Source: Neophaeotheca triangularis
Lineage: Eukaryota
Length of the DNA: 64,000 nucleotides
Direction: 5' to 3'
Assembly: GCA_054600435.1 (NCBI GenBank)
Contig: BAAIJX010000051.1
Coordinates: 1 to 64,000, forward strand
Shown: positions 58,697 through 64,000 of the stretch, piece by piece
Numbering within the stretch: the first letter of the stretch is position 1
Layout of the letters: each line of letters opens with the position of its first letter
Translations under genes and position numbers: made by a program
Notes under the pieces: model-generated
Told to the model about the DNA's origin: nothing
Seen by the model: only the letters and a program-made list of their open reading frames with translations
Databases searched by the model: none

Positions 58697-59035
58697 GGGT
58701 GAGCAGGTATAGAGATGTGGATTGTTGCTGGGGAATGTTTCCTTTTTCGCAGTCGAGCAAGCGTTGACACGTGAGGCTTCATAGATGAGAGGGTTAGTCA
58801 AACGGACAGTCGTGTAATCAGCTACTTGCAAAATCTTCAAACTCGCTTTAGGGTATCGGTCTTCGCTCGCATGAATCAGAAAAAGCAGCAAACTACTTTG
58901 AACCAGAAATCCATCGCCTCCATTCAGTCGTCACCTCCCTAGCTTTCCAAAAGATATAACCAGTAGCAACCTCAACATCTCCTATTGCCAAGGCAAAACG
59001 CGAACATTTCGCCATACCGGCGAACCGCCCTCCGG

Positions 59036-60025
59036 TCAAGGCAACCTCTTCTCAGTCCCATACCCAGTCCCCTTCTGCCTCCTCCGGCCCTTGACACACT
59101 CAAAACACCAAACAACCAGACTCAACAACATTAACGCCGTAGCAGCCCAGGTGACAGCCAAAAACTCCCCCCCCCTCTCCGCACGAACTCCAACATCATT
59201 GCCATAAAAATTAACCAACTCGGCCGCCTTAACAGCCACAGCGGTAACAACACCACTAGCAACCCCGACGGCCACAAACGCCAAAACCCCCACCACAACA
59301 TTGATTCCCGCACCGACCCTCCCCTCCCCCCAAAAAACACCCACCCCCGATGTCACCGCCGCCAGCCCAATGAAAGCAGCCGCGACACAATACAGCACGA
59401 ACCCCGCCTTCTGCGCGACCCGCAACGCCCCCAAACCCTCATCGATTTCCGCCGGCCAGCGCAGATCGTCCAGATCGACGCCCAAGCCGCTCGCGTCCAG
59501 TTGGCGCTGCAGAGTGTCCTTGGGGTCGAAGGTGTACAGTGCTGTGGCGTCGCTGCAGCGGGTGACGTTGCGGGAGATGGTTTGGGGGGAGAGGGTTTCG
59601 TTTGCGAGGGCGGCCGGGGCGTAGAAGCCTTGGCAGTGGTTGAGGAGGTGGGCGGAGTAGAAGTCGTGGAGGCCGAGGGTTTGGGCGAGGGAGTTGAGGT
59701 TGCTGTTGAGACTGTCTTTTAGGGAGTTGGAGAGGTCGTCGAGGAAGGTGACGATGGAGTTGGAATTGGAGCTTGAGGAGGAGGTGGTGTTGAAGACGTT
59801 GGTGCCGATTTGGGAGGTGTTGAGGGTTATGATGTCTTGGGGTGGAGGGAGTTAGGATCATGGGCTCGGGGCGGTTTTGTTTGGGTTTGATTGTCTGTGT
59901 TGGTGGTGCGGGTTCTTACCGTAGTCTTGCATGAAGCTTTGCTTGTGGCCGGCGAAGAGGGCGAGGAAGGTGAGGATTAGAGCTGTTAGGCTGAGGGCGA
60001 GGGGGATGAGGGCTAGGATCCGCAT
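59036..60025 (-). CDS. SUR7/PalI family four-TM membrane protein
   Basis: N-terminal TM MRILALIPLALSLTALILTFLALFAG. Intron 59919-59836. LGLHDFYSAHLLNHCQGFY claudin-like Cys motif and three further TMs. Confidence 0.88.
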
Positions 60026-60538
60026 TGTGGTGAACGGTTTTTTGTTTGCTTAGTAGGTAGGTAGAGGAGTTAGAGTCAGTAGAGGCGGGATAGATAAGTA
60101 GTAGACTACAACGGCAAACGATGGAAGGATATCAACTCCCTTAAGAGTAGTAGTAGCAGTAGCAGCAGCAAACAATAAAGAACTCGTCACTTACACATGT
60201 CCCAGACCTACTACGGGGTATATACATCCACATAACCACCCAGTCACACACCTACCTTTGCCACCCCATGTCCATCCATCCATCCAATCCCGCAAATCAA
60301 GACATGGATCAAACCATCAAAGCCCACGCCAACCAGCGACAAGTGACGCAGACGCACTCACGCTCAAGCCAAAGCGCGCGCCAGGCCAAATATCATAATA
60401 ATGAAAAAACCAGTCTCTACCTAGCGACAAAGAGGTCAAGACAACACACGCACGCACCATTACCACCTACTCTTGGTTAAGTATTGCAAGAACCGGCTAT
60501 CTCATCACCTATCATTGACTGACGTAGCAACGCCTACT

Positions 60539-60579
<41 letters not shown>
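60539..60579. repeat. (AATC)n microsatellite
   Basis: About 10 perfect units. Confidence 0.95.
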
Positions 60580-60581
<2 letters not shown>

Positions 60582-61134
60582 CCACCTCAACCAACCAATC
60601 CAGTAAAATCAATCAAAACGTCCCCAAGACCAGTAACCCAAAACAAGTGACCCAAGACAGGTAACCCAAGACAAGTAAACAAAACCAGTAAAAGACAAGG
60701 AATAAATCTTGTTTTCTCTTTCTTTCCCTTTCCCTTTTCCTTTCCACTCTCATCACTCGCCTACCTACCTAGCGGGGCGCTTCGCTAAAATTTGGTTTCC
60801 AGCTAGCGCGAGCGCCTATTAGCTACATACAATAGCTAGGCGGGCCGTAGGGTCTGTCTTCCAACTCGCTGGCGAGATACCTATGTACTGTGCCTTACCG
60901 GTCGGTGCCTATGTTCTGTTTCTTGTGAGAGTATCAGTACAGGCAAGACAGGGTAGATTTGGTCGTCGTTTGGGTTTGGGTTAGGAAGATCTCGTGTGCC
61001 TTGTTTACATCACGACTTTCAAGGTTGAAAAGGAGAGAGGTGGAGTATACAACCCGTTCTGCAACCGTCCAACGGGTATCCCTTGAACATGTGTCTAAAC
61101 GTCGCGTCGCGATGAAATAAGAAATGATAAACGT

Positions 61135-62848
61135 CTACAACTCCTCCTTGTAAAAAAACTCCTCCTCACTACCCTCGCCCTGCTCCTCCTGCTGCTGCTG
61201 CTGCTGTATATCAGCCCCATCAACCCCACCATCCCCAGCCCCAGCAGCAGCCTGCCCTCCCTCACCAGCACCTCCGCCATTCCCCCCAGGTTTCTCCTCA
61301 TACCTCTGCTCAGCCGTAACCTTCTCGCCCTTGCCACCCTCGTCATCCTTGTCAATGATGCCCCTATACTCGCGCCCGCGTGCCGTGTCAACAATGTCCA
61401 GCCTCCACGCCGCGCCCATGGCAGCCTCCTCGACGCGCGCGGCGAGCTTCTTGACAGCCTTCTCCGAGTCGAGCCCGTACTCATCCATTTTCGCTCTCGA
61501 CAGCATCTTGCCCGTCGAGTCTACCAAAGTGTCGACGTAAGTCTCCTTGCCGCCGCCGAGGAGTGCGGATTTCTCGACCAGTTTGCCGGGGGGAACGAGG
61601 TTGTGGCCGCCGATGACAATGTCGCCGGCGATTTGCGGGCCGGGCTCGAGAGCCGTGGGTTGTTCGCCTGTGAGTAGTGCTTCGGCGGCTTCGGCTTCGA
61701 GGCGGCTTTGCTCGAGGGCTGCGGCTTTTTCTTCTTCGTGGAGGCTTGCTAGGTCGTGCTCGTAGCTGGGGATTTGGTCGGGTGTGAGGATGGGTGAGCA
61801 GGTTATTTCGTTTGGTTGGTCGGCTGCCGGTGGGAGGAAAGCTACGTCGTTGCAGAGGCGAGGGGTTTGTACTACCATCAGGTAGGCGCAAGTGCTGGTT
61901 TCTTTGATCAGGGAGATGCGGTCGTGAGCACTGGGGTGGCAGTGGTACTGTGAGGATCGTATTAGCTCGACTCAAATAAACTAGCTCAAAGGCAGAATGC
62001 AGGCTTACCTGCACTTCTATGCGCCGCGGCTTGCCAGTCAAATCACACATTGTCCCCTGATCCAGGTTCTGCACCAAGTACCGCGTGTCCCCTCTAACCA
62101 CCAATTCGCCATTTGCAGCATTCGTCCGCATCTTCTTCGCGTGCTCGCTGACCTCCAACGCGCTCTCACCCTCCCACTTGTCAAACTCCTCCGGCATCGC
62201 ACTCGCACCGTCTGTCTTGGGCTCCCCACCCTCCTTCGTCGGGGTGTACGTGCCTAGAGTATAACCCTCAACCGTCGGATCTTCTACGGGAGGCCATATG
62301 GGCACTCCTCGCGAGGGAGGCAGCTGATGGAACTGCTTAACGCCCTGGTTGTAGCAGAACTTATAGCTCCACCAACCGCCGATGAAGTACATGCAATTAT
62401 CTTGCATACTGTGTAGCAGTTCCCAGCCGCGGTTGTTGGCTCGAGCGAGCTCTTTGCGCTCTTCGGCTTGTGTGACGGAGTCATTTTGACGAGCCTCTTG
62501 CGCGGCTTTGGTGACTTGGGGGATACTACAAAGATAGCGGTTGCCTTGGAGTATAAGCTGCTCGTGATTGTATTTGGTGTCGTCTTTTGAGGAGTCGTGG
62601 TCTGGTGAGTGGCTGTCGTCGGGTCGGGGTTTGTAGTGCTCGATGTGAGAGGGTGTGTGGTGATTGTCCAGGGAGACCTTGTTGCTGGCCAGCCGGGATT
62701 GCGCTTGAGCTTCTGTCAGGTAATCGTCTGAGAAAGCGACGGCATATTGAGGGAATGCTAGCAGGTCATCGTTGACACTGAAACTGTGTTGAGAGGCGAG
62801 TACCAGGCTTAGGCGGAGCACAGCTGGGAGGGCCCAGAAGTGTCTCAT
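61135..62848 (-). CDS. YOS9: ER lectin OS-9/Yos9 (ERAD)
   Basis: Signal peptide, FSVNDDLLAFPQY, MRH domain (CMYFIGGWWSYKFCY...QFH...GTMCDLTGKPRRIEVQYHC...KETSTCAYLMVVQTPRLCND). Intron 62008-61948. C-terminal KEEL retention signal. Confidence 0.94.
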
Positions 62849-63109
62849 TGCTATGTGACACGGATTACCAGCAGGATGAGAGGGTGAAGTGTTGACCAGG
62901 TAGGCAGGTAGGCAGAGGTATGGTGTACAGGCAACATCAAGTACAGGCAGTAGTAGTAGTCTAATGTAATAAGACGAACGGATTAGGAAGGCAAGTGCAA
63001 AGGCCAGCTAGCTGTGTGGAGGGGTGGGGAGGGAGGGAGGGTGCTTCGGATTGTGGAGACCAAGACCAACCAACCTACACTATGTAAGCCGGGTCTATAG
63101 GTATAGAAC

Positions 63110-63286
63110 TATCAATACCAATACCAATACCAATAACACCAATACCATCAATACCATCAATAGTACCATCAATTACCATCAATACCATCAATACCATCAA
63201 TACCATCAATACCATCAATACCATCAATACCATCAGTACCATCAATACCAATCAATACCAATCAATACCAATCAATACCATCAATA
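63110..63286. repeat. (ATACCATCA)n 9-bp minisatellite with (ATACCA) and (ATACCAATCA) variants
   Basis: Seen directly. Confidence 0.9.
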
Positions 63287-64000
63287 TCTAGAGTGGCACA
63301 TGAACTCTTTACAAGGTACAACCCTCCATTTCTTTTGGCATACAAGACCTACCACGGATCACCACATACTAACTTAGCTAGGTAGTACATGTGGTACTAA
63401 GTATACCTACATACGTAAGGTATGTATATGAGGCCGCCCACCAGCTCACTTGACTACTGATGACTGCGCCCACCTGGGCATTAACTACTAGTACCTTACC
63501 TAGGTACCTTACCTACCTTAGTGAATGTACGCCCACGTTAACGGCGGGGCGTAACAATCCTTGCCAACACCATGCGCCATCCATCCATCCATCCATCTGA
63601 TTCCTGGGCGTTCGTGGGCGGCCTCAAGTCGTCGCTTTCAGCCAATGGGAATTTTGGAACTCTACCTCTTCGTCTATGCATCAAGGCAACCCGTTGCCTT
63701 TGCCACCGGTCGATATGTCGTCGTCTGTTTTAATTCGCTCGCTGCGTGTGGAAATGGTCGTGTCCGGCACGACATGTTGTTGTCGTTGCTGAGTACTTAC
63801 CTTACTTACTATGCGCTGGCCTCCCATGCTAGGCCGCCCTATTTTCTACTATGCGTTGTTCTGCTTTAATCGAGCGTCTCGAAAGGTTAGGTAGTTGATT
63901 TCGCCTTGCTCTTTCGTTCTTCGTTGCCTTGGTTATCGTCTTGCTCAGACTTCCTACATCACTTCGCACAAAGTCAAGAATCTTCAGAGATCATCCTGGT

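Noticed and set aside
60771..60835. Imperfect GC-rich hairpin considered as tRNA or ncRNA
   Set aside because: No cloverleaf or A/B box; pairing is short and imperfect.
63024..63377. ORF with (HQY)n repeat; repeat array considered as CRISPR-like
   Set aside because: Plain 9-bp tandem minisatellite without spacers, in a eukaryotic context; the ORF lacks an ATG start.

Overview
Gene-dense, GC-rich DNA from a filamentous ascomycete. The short GT-AG introns with CTAAC/CTGAC branch sites and the gene set suggest a Pezizomycotina fungus, probably a Dothideomycete (inference). About 24 protein-coding genes can be supported. Housekeeping and conserved genes: MNN10, mitochondrial bL21, DAP2, DEP1, NOP12, a Red5/ZC3H3-like CCCH protein, MTD1, MMS19, eIF3d, ARS2, TSPO, a SUR7/PalI protein, YOS9 and an Aip5/SH3BGR-like protein. 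Secreted or metabolic enzymes: a dienelactone hydrolase, two methyltransferases, an M36 fungalysin and a GH43. Lineage-specific accessory genes lie between these. I could not support any tRNA, rRNA, CRISPR array or intact transposon. Main observations: (1) a three-member F-box-like/LRR-like paralog family at three stages of decay (intact, frameshifted, relic), each with the same upstream TTATGCAA motif in the same orientation; (2) a ~1,340-aa orphan protein with a cryptic, repeated ~75-aa helical domain; (3) a protein with two tandem Zn(II)2Cys6 clusters at its C-terminus; (4) stop-free introns of length 3n concentrated in ARS2, the CCCH gene and DEP1, whereas the other 3n introns I traced contain in-frame stops; (5) a GC-AG intron; (6) a pseudogenised lipase/esterase with RIP-like stop codons. 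Exon structures and family assignments were made by eye from recalled motifs; no database searches were run.
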